Shown here: positions 19,260-29,975 of the stretch, piece by piece
Position numbering within the stretch: position 1 is the stretch's first letter
Layout of the letters: each line of letters begins with the position of its first letter
NCBI GenBank assembly: GCA_038736355.1
Contig: JAVYML010000003.1
Location: 214,093 to 278,092, forward strand
Length of the DNA: 64,000 nt
DNA from: Candidatus Hadarchaeales archaeon
GTDB taxonomy: Archaea > Hadarchaeota > Hadarchaeia > Hadarchaeales > WYZ-LMO6
Reading direction: 5' to 3'
Notes under the pieces: generated by a model
Database searches by the model: none
The model's input: the letters and a program-made list of their open reading frames with translations, nothing else
What the model was told of the DNA's origin: nothing
Translations under genes and position numbers: made by a program

Positions 19260-19943
19260 ATGGCAGCGGCCCGTAAAGTAAAAGTAGAGGAACTCCTTCA
19301 GGGCGAATACCTTCTTTCCGAAGAGGGTTTTCCTTATCTGATTACTCCTTGGGGAGAGAAGGTTTCGAGGGTTAGGGTGATGGGTACGGTGGTTGAGAAA
19401 TGGCTGAGGGAAGATGGAGAATATTGCACTGTTTACCTAGATGACGGCACTGGTGTCATCTCCTTGAGGGGGTGGAGAGAAGGGGCAAAGGAGCTGAATG
19501 AGTTGAAAGTGGGGGATCTAATAGACGTGATAGGAAGAATGAGGGAATACCTAGGGGAAAGGTATCTAGTGCCCCAGCTTATCTTGAGGATAAAAGATCC
19601 GAATTGGGAAGTGGTGAGGGAGTTGGAAATCCTCTTGGCCAAAAAAAAGGCCTTAGCCAAGGGTATTCGACCCAAGAGGTTTATGGAAGTAAAAGCCGAG
19701 ACCCCACCCGAAGAGGTGGAGATAGAGGTGGAGGAATTGGAGCTCCCACAGGTTCCGGAGGAACTCAAAAGGAGGGCTTTGCTGGTTTTCGAGAAACTTG
19801 ACAGGGGAGAAGGGGTCAGGGAAGAAGAGCTGGCAAGGGAATTGGGGCTGGGAAAGAAAGAAGTAGAAGACCTCCTACTCGTCTTGATGGACGAAGGAGA
19901 AATATTTGAAGCAAAAACGGGAAGGTATCGGAGAGTGAGATGA
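19260..19943 (+). CDS. RPA32-like OB-fold ssDNA-binding protein with C-terminal winged helix
   Basis: SRVRVMGTVV, LDDGTG, VIGRMREY OB fold; acidic linker; LMDEGEIFEAKTGRY winged-helix end. Confidence 0.78.
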   Translation: MAAARKVKVEELLQGEYLLSEEGFPYLITPWGEKVSRVRVMGTVVEKWLREDGEYCTVYLDDGTGVISLRGWREGAKELNELKVGDLIDVIGRMREYLGERYLVPQLILRIKDPNWEVVRELEILLAKKKALAKGIRPKRFMEVKAETPPEEVEIEVEELELPQVPEELKRRALLVFEKLDRGEGVREEELARELGLGKKEVEDLLLVLMDEGEIFEAKTGRYRRVR

Positions 19944-20351
19944 ATGGAAAAATACCAAGAATGGTTGGAAAAGGCTTTACAAGTTTTGCCCAAGGTGGAA
20001 TCGGATCGTGAAAGACTAAAAGTACCGGAACCAGAAGTGGTAACCGCGGGAAACCGGACCGTGCTCAAGAACCTCAAGGCCATTGCTTCTGCCCTCAATA
20101 GGGATCCCCAGCACCTCATGAAATTCTTGCTGAGAGAGCTAGGGGCGGCGGGGAGTTCCGACGGTTCCCAGGCTTTCTTTCAAGGAAGATTCACTCCTTC
20201 GGTGATAAAGGGAAGGATAGACAGGTACATGGAAGAGTTTGTGAAATGCAAGAGCTGTAACAGACCTGATACCAAACTCGTAAAACAAGGGAGGATCTAT
20301 ATGATGAGATGCGAAGCCTGTGGAGCTAGATCCTCCGTGAGGAATATCTGA
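19944..20351 (+). CDS. eif2b: Translation initiation factor aIF-2 beta
   Basis: GNRT, LNRDPQHLMKFLLRELG, zinc ribbon CKSCNRPDT...CEACGA. Confidence 0.95.
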   Translation: MEKYQEWLEKALQVLPKVESDRERLKVPEPEVVTAGNRTVLKNLKAIASALNRDPQHLMKFLLRELGAAGSSDGSQAFFQGRFTPSVIKGRIDRYMEEFVKCKSCNRPDTKLVKQGRIYMMRCEACGARSSVRNI

Positions 20352-20641
20352 TGCTTGAACTTAGAGTAAGGAGGGTGGGAGAAGAAGTACTGGTTACGGT
20401 ATGTGATACCGAGCTACTCGGAAAGGAGTTTAAAGAGGGAGAGATAAAACTAAAAGTGAGTGAGGAATTCTATCGAGGGAAAAAAGCTACCATTCCGGAG
20501 TGTTTGCAGGCTATGAGAGAGGCTACTATAGCTAACCTGGTGGGTTCCATCGTAGAGGAGGCAATAAAGGAAGGCCTCATCGACCCCAGTTGTGTGCTCA
20601 GAATACAGGGGGTTCCCCACGCTCAATTCGTAAGGATGTAA
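20351..20641 (+). CDS. DUF424 family protein
   Basis: VCDTELLGKEF.EG.....V.EEFY.G, ATIANLVG, GVPHAQ; usual neighbour of aIF-2beta. Confidence 0.85.
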   Translation: MLELRVRRVGEEVLVTVCDTELLGKEFKEGEIKLKVSEEFYRGKKATIPECLQAMREATIANLVGSIVEEAIKEGLIDPSCVLRIQGVPHAQFVRM

Positions 20642-20674
20642 AAATTAATAACCAGCTATCTGGGGGATAGAAGC

Positions 20675-22360
20675 ATGGAGGAAATAACTGGCGCGGCTGC
20701 TCTCGTTTCAGCCCTCAAGAAAGAAGGAGTGAGGCACATCTTTGGAATTCCTGGAGGAGCCATCATTCCCGTTTACGATGTACTTTACGAAGAACCTTCC
20801 ATAAAGCATATCCTCGTAAGGCATGAACAGGCTGCCGCTCATGCTGCCGATGGATACGCTAGGGCTTTAGGAAGACCAGGTGTGTGCATGGCTACCTCAG
20901 GACCTGGGGCATGCAACTTGGTGACGGGGATTCTCAATGCCTATATGGATAGCTCACCCGTAATAGCCATCACGGGACAGGTCTCCACCTCTCTCCTGGG
21001 TACTGATGCTTTCCAAGAAGCAGATTTGTTGAGTATCATGCTCCCCATCACAAAACATAACTTCCTAGTCAAGAACGTGAAGGAACTGGTTGAGGCGGTC
21101 AGGAAGGCCTTTGTCATAGCCATGGCTGGAAGACCTGGACCCGTTCATATAGACATTCCCAGGGACGTACAGATTTCCAAGGCCAAGGTTAAGATACCTG
21201 CAGAAATCGTGAGAAGAGAAAAGGAAAGGTATGATCCAGATCCAAGAAGAATAGAAGAAGCCGTAAAACTTATCGAAGAAGCAGAACGTCCTGTCCTGTT
21301 TGCTGGAGGAGGAGTAATTTGGTCTGGAGCTTCCCCTGAACTGATCGAACTGGCAGAACTCCTAGGAGCTCCGGTAGTGACTTCCTTGATGGGGAAGGGA
21401 AGCATACCGGAAGATCATCCCCTTTCTCTGGGGATGCTTGGAATGCATGGAAGAAAGGCTGCCAACTTGGCCGTAACGGAATGCGATCTCCTTATAGGAG
21501 TGGGGGTAAGATTCAGCGACAGATCGACCGGTGACGCCCGGTACTTCGCTCCCAAAGCCAAGATCATCCACATAGACATCGATCCCGTAGAGATAGGAAA
21601 ACTGGTTAGGGTAGATGTTCCCATTGTAGGGGATGCCAAGCGCTCCCTTCAACAGATCCTGAGAGCACTGAAGGAAAGAAGCAGGAGAGGGGTAAGATCG
21701 GAGTGGAAGGAGAGAGTCCTACAGATGCGTAAAGACTTTGCCCCGAAAATGGATTACGACGACATTCCCTTGAAGCCTCAAAGAGTAATAAAAGAGATAA
21801 TGGAAGTATTGGATGACGACTCCATCGTGGTAACGGAAGTAGGACAGTGTCAAATGTGGGCGGCCCATTATTGTACCATCAAAGGTCCTAGGAGGTTCAT
21901 TTCCTCTGGAGGATTGGGAACCATGGGGTTCGGTTTTCCCGCTTCTTTGGGAGTAAAAACTGCCCTACCGGATAAAAAGGTGATAGACATAGCTGGGGAT
22001 GGTAGTTTCCTCATGAATTCCCAAGAATTGGCTACTGCAGTGGAAAATGGAATAGAGGTAGTCTGTTGTATCTTTAATAATTCTTATCTGGGGATGGTGA
22101 AGCAGTGGCAGGATCTCTTTTATGGCGGGAGGAGATCCCAAACCTATCTCGGAAAGAGTCCCGATTTCGTCAAACTTGCAGAAGCTTATGGGGCATGGGG
22201 AGACAGAGTTACCAGACCAGGTGAAATGGCACCCAAGCTGAGGGAAGCCTTGAAGTGTGGAAAACCAGCCGTCTTGGACGTAGTTATAGACCCGGAGGAA
22301 CATGTGTTGCCCATGGTCCCTGCTGGAGGAAAATTGGACCAAATGATCACGGGGGATTAG
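20675..22360 (+). CDS. ilvB: Acetolactate synthase large subunit
   Basis: FGIPGGA, RHEQAA, TSGPGA, FQEAD, GMHG, SGGLGTMG, GDGSFLMN, LGMVKQWQ. Confidence 0.96.
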   Translation: MEEITGAAALVSALKKEGVRHIFGIPGGAIIPVYDVLYEEPSIKHILVRHEQAAAHAADGYARALGRPGVCMATSGPGACNLVTGILNAYMDSSPVIAITGQVSTSLLGTDAFQEADLLSIMLPITKHNFLVKNVKELVEAVRKAFVIAMAGRPGPVHIDIPRDVQISKAKVKIPAEIVRREKERYDPDPRRIEEAVKLIEEAERPVLFAGGGVIWSGASPELIELAELLGAPVVTSLMGKGSIPEDHPLSLGMLGMHGRKAANLAVTECDLLIGVGVRFSDRSTGDARYFAPKAKIIHIDIDPVEIGKLVRVDVPIVGDAKRSLQQILRALKERSRRGVRSEWKERVLQMRKDFAPKMDYDDIPLKPQRVIKEIMEVLDDDSIVVTEVGQCQMWAAHYCTIKGPRRFISSGGLGTMGFGFPASLGVKTALPDKKVIDIAGDGSFLMNSQELATAVENGIEVVCCIFNNSYLGMVKQWQDLFYGGRRSQTYLGKSPDFVKLAEAYGAWGDRVTRPGEMAPKLREALKCGKPAVLDVVIDPEEHVLPMVPAGGKLDQMITGD

Positions 22361-22361
22361 A

Positions 22362-22868
22362 ATGAAAACCAGAATTTTCTCCGTGCTTTGCGAAAACGTG
22401 GCAGGAGTAATGATGAGAGTCTCTAGGTGCTTCACGCGAAGACAAATCAACATGGACTCCATTACCGTGGGTATAGAACCCTCGGGTTTGGCTAGGATGA
22501 TCATCCTCTTTCAGGCAGACGACAAAATGGCCTCCTTCATGAGGAAGGTTCTCCTCAGACTCGAACCCATCGTGGAGGTACAGATGTTAGAGCCTGAAAA
22601 CAGTATAGCCAGAGAGATTTGTCTTTTCAGGACTAGGAAGCTCAAGGAAGAGGAAATGTCCGAGACCATAAGGCTCATTCAATCTGCGGGGGGAAAGGTA
22701 CTGGAAGTGCGGGAGGGTACTCTCATAGGAGAAATAGGGGGAAGTCACGAAGAGGTAGAACATCTCCTTTCCTCGCTGGGTCCGGATCTTCTGAAGGAAG
22801 TAGCACGGTCAGGACAGGTTTATCTTTCCAAGAACAAAGGGCCAGACCAGGCTTCCGGTGGTATTTAA
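22362..22868 (+). CDS. ilvN: Acetolactate synthase regulatory subunit (ACT domain)
   Basis: SVLCENVAGVMMRVSRCFTRRQINMDSITVG, EVARSG; position between ilvB and ilvC. Confidence 0.88.
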   Translation: MKTRIFSVLCENVAGVMMRVSRCFTRRQINMDSITVGIEPSGLARMIILFQADDKMASFMRKVLLRLEPIVEVQMLEPENSIAREICLFRTRKLKEEEMSETIRLIQSAGGKVLEVREGTLIGEIGGSHEEVEHLLSSLGPDLLKEVARSGQVYLSKNKGPDQASGGI

Positions 22869-22893
22869 AACTTTGCCATCCTAAAACTATGAC

Positions 22894-23880
22894 ATGGCAA
22901 AAGTTTACTTGGACAAGGATGCCGATCTCTCTTGGGTAAAGGATAGAACTATAGCCGTGATAGGATACGGAAACCAAGGTCATGCCCAAGCACAGAATTT
23001 ACGGGATTCTGGATGCAAGGTCATTATCGGAGCCAGAAAGGGGCCGAGCTGGGAGAGAGCGGAAAGGGATGGGTTCGAGGTTTATGAAGTGGGAGAAGCC
23101 TCCAAAAGGGCAGAAATCCTTCATATCCTCGTACCCGATGAACAACAAGCCTTCCTCTATCGAGAAGCCATTTCATCCCATCTAAGGGAAGGCAAAACCC
23201 TAGGTTTCAGCCATGGTTTTAACATCCACTTCAAGCAAATCGTTCCGCCGCCCTATGTGGATGTCATCTTGGTAGCGCCAAAAGCCCCGGGAGCCATGCT
23301 CAGGAAGATGTATCTTCAGGGGTCCGGGACCCCGGGTTTGGTGGCGGTCTTTCAAGATGCCTCTGGGAGAGCTTTGGAAACGGCTCTTGGTATGGCGAAA
23401 GGAATAGGACTCACCAGAGTGGGAGTCCTCCAAACTACCTTCAAAGAGGAAACGGAGACCGACCTTTTCGGAGAACAGGCCGTGTTGGTTGGAGGAGTTT
23501 CCGAGCTAATCAAAGCTGGATTTGAGACCCTTGTGGAAGCAGGATATCAACCAGAAAATGCATACTTCGAATGCTTGCACGAGCTGAAACTCATCGTGGA
23601 TCTCATCTATGAAAGGGGAATAGAGGGTATGATGGCTGCTGTAAGCAATACTGCAGAGTACGGGGGAAGGACCAGGGGACCAAGACTGATAGGGGAAGAG
23701 ACAAGAAAAGTCATGAAAGAGCTTCTTCGAGACATCCAAAACGGAAGTTTTGCGAGGGAATGGATAGAAGAAAACCGAAAGGGGCTTCCACACCTCAAAG
23801 AAATGAGGGAGAAGGGAAAGGAACACCTTATAGAAAAGGTGGGAAGGGAACTCAGGAAGTGGGCGGGGATAGAAAAGTAG
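22894..23880 (+). CDS. ilvC: Ketol-acid reductoisomerase
   Basis: [43 protein letters not shown]. Confidence 0.97.
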   Translation: MAKVYLDKDADLSWVKDRTIAVIGYGNQGHAQAQNLRDSGCKVIIGARKGPSWERAERDGFEVYEVGEASKRAEILHILVPDEQQAFLYREAISSHLREGKTLGFSHGFNIHFKQIVPPPYVDVILVAPKAPGAMLRKMYLQGSGTPGLVAVFQDASGRALETALGMAKGIGLTRVGVLQTTFKEETETDLFGEQAVLVGGVSELIKAGFETLVEAGYQPENAYFECLHELKLIVDLIYERGIEGMMAAVSNTAEYGGRTRGPRLIGEETRKVMKELLRDIQNGSFAREWIEENRKGLPHLKEMREKGKEHLIEKVGRELRKWAGIEK

Positions 23881-23923
23881 TGGTGAAGGTTTTAAGTCAC
23901 TAAAAGAACCTTTGTAGACCTCG

Positions 23924-25573
23924 ATGAAACTCAGGAGCCGAGAGGTGGTGGGGGGGATAGAGGGCCTGCCCAAAAGAGCCCTTCTGAAAGCCTGTGGATA
24001 CAACGATACAGATCTCAACCGTCCCTTCATTGCCATTGCCAATTCTTGGAGTAAGATAGTACCTGGACACGTTCATCTGAGAACAATCGCCGAGGCTGTG
24101 GCCGAGGGGATAAGGTCTGCAGGAGGAACTCCGATGGAGTTTAACACCATTGCCATCTGCGATGGGATTTGCATGGGTACCGATGGTATGCGTTATTCCT
24201 TACCTTCTCGAGAACTCATAGCCGATAGTCTCGAACTCATGCTCAGGGCTTATCCCTTCGATGCCGTTGTAGCCATCGCCAGCTGCGATAAGATAGAACC
24301 AGGCATGCTTATGGGTTTGGCAAGAGTGGATCTTCCTTCCATCATGTTCACGGGTGGTCCCATGCTCCCGGGAGAGTGGAAGGGAAAAAGGGTGGACATC
24401 ATCACGGCCTTCGAAGCCATAGGTGAGGTGAAGAGCGGGAGACTGAAAGAGCATGAAGCTCTAGAGATAGAAGACAGGTGTTGCCCTACCCCTGGTTCCT
24501 GTGCCGGCATGTTCACTGCCAATACCATGGCCTGTCTCATAGAAGCTCTGGGAATGTCCCTTCCGAGGGTATCCACCTGTCCGGCCGTCAGCTCCGAGAA
24601 ACTTAAGTTGGCAAGAAAAACAGGAGAGCAAATAGTAGAGTTGCTCAGGAGGGGGATAAGGCCGAGCAAAATCCTAACCAGAAGTGCCTTCGAAAACGCG
24701 ATCGTGGTGGACATGGCCTTGGGAGGTTCCACCAACACCATACTCCACCTTCCAGCCATTGCTAGAGAGGTGGGGATCAATCTCCCTCTAGAAGTTTTCG
24801 ATAGGCTGAGTAAGAAAGTTCCACAACTCTGCAGTCTTAGGCCAGGCGGTGAACATATGGTAGTTGACTTACACGAAGCTGGCGGAATTCCTGCTTTGAT
24901 GAAACAACTGGGGAAGTTGATAAAGGGAACTCCCCTCACCGTGACGGGAAAGACGGTGGCTTCCAACTTGAAGGGTGTGAGGGTAATAGAGAGCGAGGTG
25001 ATAAGACCTCTTTCCCGACCTTATAGGAAAAAGGGAGGAATAGCGATACTCTACGGAAATCTCGCTCCGGAAGGTGCCGTCTTGAAAATAGCGGGAATAA
25101 AGAGCCTAAAGTTCTTGGGTAAAGCAAGGGTTTTCGACGGGGAAGAAGCTGCAGTGAGGGCTATCTCCGAAGGGAGGATCAGAAAGGGTGAAGTGGTGGT
25201 AATAAGGTACGAAGGTCCTAAAGGTGGTCCTGGTATGAGGGAGATGCTTTCTGCCACTTCCCTGCTCGCCGGTATGAACATGCTGGAAGAAGTAGCCTTG
25301 GTGACCGATGGTAGGTTCTCTGGAGGTACGAGGGGGATATGTGTGGGACATGTTTCTCCTGAAGCGGCGGAGGGAGGACCCATAGCGTTTGTTGAGGATG
25401 GAGATAAAATTCTTATCGACGCAAGAGAGGGCAAGCTCGAATTGCTCGTGGAAAAAGAAGTGTTGGAAGAAAGAAAAAAGAGTTTCAAGCCCAGAAGATT
25501 ACCCCTTTCCGGCTATCTGAAGTTCTACGCCGAACATGCCAGTTCGGCTGCCACCGGTGCCGTGAGAAGGTGA
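23924..25573 (+). CDS. ilvD: Dihydroxy-acid dehydratase
   Basis: CDG, SLPSRE, CDKIEPG, GSCAGMFTANT, GGSTN, GPKGGPGM.EM, TDGRFSG. Confidence 0.96.
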   Translation: MKLRSREVVGGIEGLPKRALLKACGYNDTDLNRPFIAIANSWSKIVPGHVHLRTIAEAVAEGIRSAGGTPMEFNTIAICDGICMGTDGMRYSLPSRELIADSLELMLRAYPFDAVVAIASCDKIEPGMLMGLARVDLPSIMFTGGPMLPGEWKGKRVDIITAFEAIGEVKSGRLKEHEALEIEDRCCPTPGSCAGMFTANTMACLIEALGMSLPRVSTCPAVSSEKLKLARKTGEQIVELLRRGIRPSKILTRSAFENAIVVDMALGGSTNTILHLPAIAREVGINLPLEVFDRLSKKVPQLCSLRPGGEHMVVDLHEAGGIPALMKQLGKLIKGTPLTVTGKTVASNLKGVRVIESEVIRPLSRPYRKKGGIAILYGNLAPEGAVLKIAGIKSLKFLGKARVFDGEEAAVRAISEGRIRKGEVVVIRYEGPKGGPGMREMLSATSLLAGMNMLEEVALVTDGRFSGGTRGICVGHVSPEAAEGGPIAFVEDGDKILIDAREGKLELLVEKEVLEERKKSFKPRRLPLSGYLKFYAEHASSAATGAVRR

Positions 25574-25577
25574 GAAC

Positions 25578-26825
25578 TTGGGAAAGTGTTTAGCGGAGAA
25601 ATTGTTGGCCAAAAAAGCGGGGAAGGAAAGGGTAGAACCTGGAGAAATCGTGGAAGCTAGGGTGGATGTGGTAATGATGAACGATATCACGGGTCCGCTC
25701 GCCATAGAGAGCTTCAGGGAGATAGCTGATAGAGTATGGGATCCCAAAAGGGTCGTGATGATCCTCGACCATCAAATGCCTCCGAATTCCATAGAAATAG
25801 CCCGAGACCACGTCATGATGAGGAATTTCGCAAAAGAACAGGGGATAGAAAACTTTTTTGCGGAAGGGGTTTGCCATCAGGTACTTCCGGAAAAGGGCTT
25901 CGCCCTTCCTGGTTTCCTGATTTTGGGAGCAGATTCCCACACCTGTACCTACGGGGCCTTCGGAAGTTTCGCTACGGGAATTGGATCCACGGATTTAGCT
26001 GCCGCCATGGCTTTTGGAAAGCTTTGGTTGAGAGTCCCCGAAAGCGTGAAGATAGTGCTGGAGGGAAGACTAGGGAGAAGAGTATATCCTAAGGACGTTA
26101 TCCTGTACTTGGTAGGGGAAATTGGAGCAGATGGGGCTACTTACCAAGCTCTGGAATTTCATGGAGAAATAGTGAAGAAAATGAGCATTGGGGGCAGAAT
26201 GACCCTTTGCAACATGGGAGTGGAAATGGGGGCCAAGACGGCCATAGTTCCTCCCGATACCTTGACTAGGAAATACGTGGAAGGGAGAGCCAGATTCCCC
26301 TTCGAAGAGATAAGAAGCGACCCGGACGCTGAATACGCGGAGGAAAGGATTTATTCCCTATCGAAGTTGGAACCACAAGTGGCCTGTCCTCACAGGGTGG
26401 ACAACGTAAAACCCGTAAGGGAAGTGGAGGGAAAAGAAATAGATCAAGCTTTCCTGGGAAGCTGTACCAACGGTAGGACCGAAGACCTATTAGAAGCAGC
26501 CAAAATTCTCAAGGGAAGAAAAATCCACCCGCGCGTGAGGATGCTGGTCGTTCCCGCATCCAGGGAAACCTATCTGGAAGCCTTGAAATTGGGAATAATA
26601 GAGAGGTTGGTTAAAGCAGGAGCCATCCTTGGTCCACCGGGTTGCGGGGCTTGTATGGGGAGCTACATAGGAGTGTTGGGTCCAGGAGAAGTCTGCGTGT
26701 CGTCCTCCAATCGCAACTTCTTGGGCAGGATGGGAAGTCCTGAGGCCGAAATTTATTTGGCCTCCCCTGCCACCGTTGCCGCTTCCGCCTTGAAGGGCAG
26801 ACTGACCGATCCGAGGGATGTATGA
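25578..26825 (+). CDS. leuC: 3-isopropylmalate dehydratase large subunit
   Basis: DH, GADSHTCTYGA, CNM, GSCTNGR, CGACMG, SNRNF.GRMG. Confidence 0.9.
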   Translation: MGKCLAEKLLAKKAGKERVEPGEIVEARVDVVMMNDITGPLAIESFREIADRVWDPKRVVMILDHQMPPNSIEIARDHVMMRNFAKEQGIENFFAEGVCHQVLPEKGFALPGFLILGADSHTCTYGAFGSFATGIGSTDLAAAMAFGKLWLRVPESVKIVLEGRLGRRVYPKDVILYLVGEIGADGATYQALEFHGEIVKKMSIGGRMTLCNMGVEMGAKTAIVPPDTLTRKYVEGRARFPFEEIRSDPDAEYAEERIYSLSKLEPQVACPHRVDNVKPVREVEGKEIDQAFLGSCTNGRTEDLLEAAKILKGRKIHPRVRMLVVPASRETYLEALKLGIIERLVKAGAILGPPGCGACMGSYIGVLGPGEVCVSSSNRNFLGRMGSPEAEIYLASPATVAASALKGRLTDPRDV

Positions 26826-27307
26826 TGGCTAGGGCCTGGGTATTGGGAGATAACATATCCACAGATGATATCATTCCTGGCAGATATCTGGTCAAAAGGG
26901 ATCCGCATGAGCTTGGAAAGCACGTTTTCGAGAACCTCATACCTGGATTTTCCTCTAAGGTCAGAAAGGGAGATGTCATCATAGCGGGTAAGAACTTCGG
27001 TTGCGGTTCTAGCAGGGAACAAGCCCCCTTGGCCTTAAAAGGAGCAGGAATAGGAGCGGTAATAGCCGAATCCTTCGCCCGAATCTTCTTCAGGAATGCC
27101 GTGAACCAAGGCCTTCCCGTGATGGTTTGCAAGGGTGTGAGGACTTCCTTTTCCACCGGAGAAGAAGTGGAATACGATTTGGCCAAGGGAGTGGTAAGGA
27201 ACCTTACCAGGAACCTGGAAATGAAGGCCGAACCCCTCCCAGACTTCATTCTTTCCATCCTTCAAGCTGGTGGTCTCCTATCCTACCTCAAATCCAAGGG
27301 GAAATAA
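26822..27307 (+). CDS. leuD: 3-isopropylmalate dehydratase small subunit
   Basis: DNISTDDIIPGRYLV, NFGCGSSREQA, FARIFFRN. The YLV loop is the isopropylmalate-type signature rather than homoaconitase YLRT. Confidence 0.88.
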   Translation: MMARAWVLGDNISTDDIIPGRYLVKRDPHELGKHVFENLIPGFSSKVRKGDVIIAGKNFGCGSSREQAPLALKGAGIGAVIAESFARIFFRNAVNQGLPVMVCKGVRTSFSTGEEVEYDLAKGVVRNLTRNLEMKAEPLPDFILSILQAGGLLSYLKSKGK

Positions 27308-27345
27308 AGGAGTTATAATGGAGTCTCACCAAATAATTGAGACCC

Positions 27346-28476
27346 ATGGGATACAAGATTGCCGTTATACCGGGCGATGGCATAGGGCCAGAGGTAATAA
27401 GAGAGGGGATAAAGGTCCTCCAAGCCGTTTCGGAACTGAAGGGGATAGAACTTTCCTTCGAAGAGTTTCCCTATGGTGGAGAATACTATCTCAAGACGGG
27501 GAAGTTATTGGAGGAAGAGGATCTGAAGGAACTTTCCAAGTTCGATGCCATCTATTTGGGAGCGGTAGGAGATCCCAGAATCCCCCCGGGAGTGTTGGAA
27601 AAGGGTCTCCTCCTCACTCTGAGGTTTTATTTTGATCAATATATCAATCTCAGACCCGTCAAGCTTTATCCGGGTGTTCCTTGTCCCCTCAGGGACAAAA
27701 AACCGGAGGATATAGACTTCTATGTAGTAAGGGAGAACACCGAAGATTTCTACGTGGGACTGGGGGGGAGGGGAAGGGGAAAATGGAGAGAAGAACATCT
27801 GATGGTGAGGGAACTCTACCAACTCAAGCTTGGAATAGACTTAGAAAGTGACGAAGAGGAAATAGCCTATCAACTTGGAGTGATGAGCCGGAGAGGGGCG
27901 GAAAGGGTCATAAGGTATGCCTTCGAGCTGGCCAGGAAGGAAAAGAGAAAAAGGGTAACGGCGGTGGATAAAGCCAACGTCCTCACCCATCTGTATGGTC
28001 TCTGGAGGGAGGTCTTTCAGAAGGTGGCTGAAGATTATAAGGAAATAGAAACGGAAATGGCTTTCGTAGATGCCATGACCATGTGGATGGTGAAGAATCC
28101 CGAGTGGTACGAAGTGATAGTGACACCCAACATGTTCGGTGATATCATAACTGATTTGGGTGCCATGCTGCAGGGAGGAATGGGCTTGGCACCGGGAGGG
28201 AACCTGAATCCAGAGGGAATAAGCATGTTCGAACCCATCCACGGATCCGCCCCCAAGTATGCTGGAAAGGGAGTTGCCAATCCCCTGGCCACCATCTTGG
28301 CCGGAAAAATGATGTTGGAAGAACTGGGAGAGGAAGAGGCTTCTCGTGCCGTGGAAGAGGCGGTGAAGGAAGTGCTTAGGGAAGGAAAATGTTTGACCTA
28401 CGATCTGGGTGGTAGCTCCAAAACCCATGAGGTAGGGGATGCGGTGGTAAGAAAGTTGAGGGAACTACATGGATGA
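27346..28476 (+). CDS. leuB: 3-isopropylmalate dehydrogenase family beta-decarboxylating dehydrogenase
   Basis: [43 protein letters not shown]; follows leuCD. Confidence 0.85.
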   Translation: MGYKIAVIPGDGIGPEVIREGIKVLQAVSELKGIELSFEEFPYGGEYYLKTGKLLEEEDLKELSKFDAIYLGAVGDPRIPPGVLEKGLLLTLRFYFDQYINLRPVKLYPGVPCPLRDKKPEDIDFYVVRENTEDFYVGLGGRGRGKWREEHLMVRELYQLKLGIDLESDEEEIAYQLGVMSRRGAERVIRYAFELARKEKRKRVTAVDKANVLTHLYGLWREVFQKVAEDYKEIETEMAFVDAMTMWMVKNPEWYEVIVTPNMFGDIITDLGAMLQGGMGLAPGGNLNPEGISMFEPIHGSAPKYAGKGVANPLATILAGKMMLEELGEEEASRAVEEAVKEVLREGKCLTYDLGGSSKTHEVGDAVVRKLRELHG

Positions 28477-29974
28477 AAAGGGGATTTACAGGGCCAGGGT
28501 ATCCAGAGGACTTCCCGAAGAAGTATGGAGGTTCGTCTCTTCATTGAAAGAGGATGAAAGAATAGTGGAAGAGGATATTGATGGAACGGAAGCCCACGAA
28601 ATCATGCTCTACGAGAAGGGAATTCTCTCCGCAGAAGAGCTGGGGAAGATCCTTTCTTCCTTGGAGAAGATAAGGAAGGAATACAGGGAAGGAAAGTTGA
28701 GGATAGAGGGCAAGTTCGAAGACATCCACGAGTTCTTGGAAAGCAGGGTAATAGCAGAGGTTGGGATGGAAATAGGGGGAAAACTCCATACGGGAAGGTC
28801 TAGAAACGATCAGGTGGCCTTAGATTTACGGCTAAGGCTAAGAAAGGAACTGAACTTCCTTTCCTCCCATCTTCTGGACCTTATGGAAGTCCTTTTGAAA
28901 AGGGCTGAAGAAAACTTGGAGACCCCCATCATCTTCCTCACGCATACTCAACATGCCCAGGTAGGAACCTTCGGGCATTACCTCTTAGCCCAACTTGATG
29001 CCCTCCTGAGAGATTTCGATAGAATAGAGGAGTGTTATCATCGGGTGAACCTTTCCCCGCTGGGAGGAGGAGCGGTAGGTGGTTCCACCTTTCCCCTCGA
29101 TAGGAAGAGGACCGCTTCCCTGTTGGGCTTTGAAGGGCTCGTAGAGAATTCTCTGGATGCTGTGAGCTCCAGGGATGTGGTGATAGAAGCTGTCGCCTGC
29201 ATGAGCCTCCTGATGGTCCATCTGAGCAGGATGGCGGAAGATCTCATCCTTTGGTCCACGAAAGAGTTTGGGTATGTGGAACTTTCCGATGAATACTCTT
29301 CCACCTCCAGCGCCATGCCCCAGAAAAAGAATCCATGTACCCTAGAACTCATAAGGGGAAAGGTCGGAGAAGTCCATGGAGCCCTTCTTTCCCTCCTGAC
29401 CCTCTTAAAGGGTATACCCAGTGGGTACAACAGGGATTTGCAGCAGGTAAAACCTCCTCTGTGGAGAAGCCTGGACGAAACAAGGGAGTGTCTGAGGATC
29501 ATGAAGGGTGTAATAGGGACGATGAAGGTAAAGGAGGAAATGGTTTCCTCAACTTCCTCCAGCTGGGCCTTGGCTTGGGATCTGGCCGAAGGTCTGGTAA
29601 GGGAAGCCAGGCTCTCCTTCAGGCAGGCCCATGCGGTGGTGGGAGAGGCGGTAAGGGAAGCCCTCTCCTCCGGACTCACCGTAAGGGAACTCTCCAAGGA
29701 TTTGTTGGAAAAAGCTGCCGAAAGGGTGCTGGGCAAAAAGATAGAAATCGACCCCCAGCTCCTCAGATATCTGGATCCTCTCTTTTCCCTGAAGATGAGG
29801 AGGACCCTGGGAAGTCCCTCCCCCAGAGAGACCGCTAGGATGTTGAGGAATAGGAAGCGAGAAGTGAGAAAAAGGAGGGCCCTGCTGAAAAGAAGGGAGA
29901 AAAAGGTGGAGGAAGCCCACAGAAAGTTGGTCGAGCTGGTAAAGGCTTATATATCGAAAGTGGAAAAAGGGTAA
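28469..29974 (+). CDS. argH: Argininosuccinate lyase
   Basis: [37 protein letters not shown]. Confidence 0.95.
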   Translation: MDEKGIYRARVSRGLPEEVWRFVSSLKEDERIVEEDIDGTEAHEIMLYEKGILSAEELGKILSSLEKIRKEYREGKLRIEGKFEDIHEFLESRVIAEVGMEIGGKLHTGRSRNDQVALDLRLRLRKELNFLSSHLLDLMEVLLKRAEENLETPIIFLTHTQHAQVGTFGHYLLAQLDALLRDFDRIEECYHRVNLSPLGGGAVGGSTFPLDRKRTASLLGFEGLVENSLDAVSSRDVVIEAVACMSLLMVHLSRMAEDLILWSTKEFGYVELSDEYSSTSSAMPQKKNPCTLELIRGKVGEVHGALLSLLTLLKGIPSGYNRDLQQVKPPLWRSLDETRECLRIMKGVIGTMKVKEEMVSSTSSSWALAWDLAEGLVREARLSFRQAHAVVGEAVREALSSGLTVRELSKDLLEKAAERVLGKKIEIDPQLLRYLDPLFSLKMRRTLGSPSPRETARMLRNRKREVRKRRALLKRREKKVEEAHRKLVELVKAYISKVEKG

Positions 29975-29975
29975 A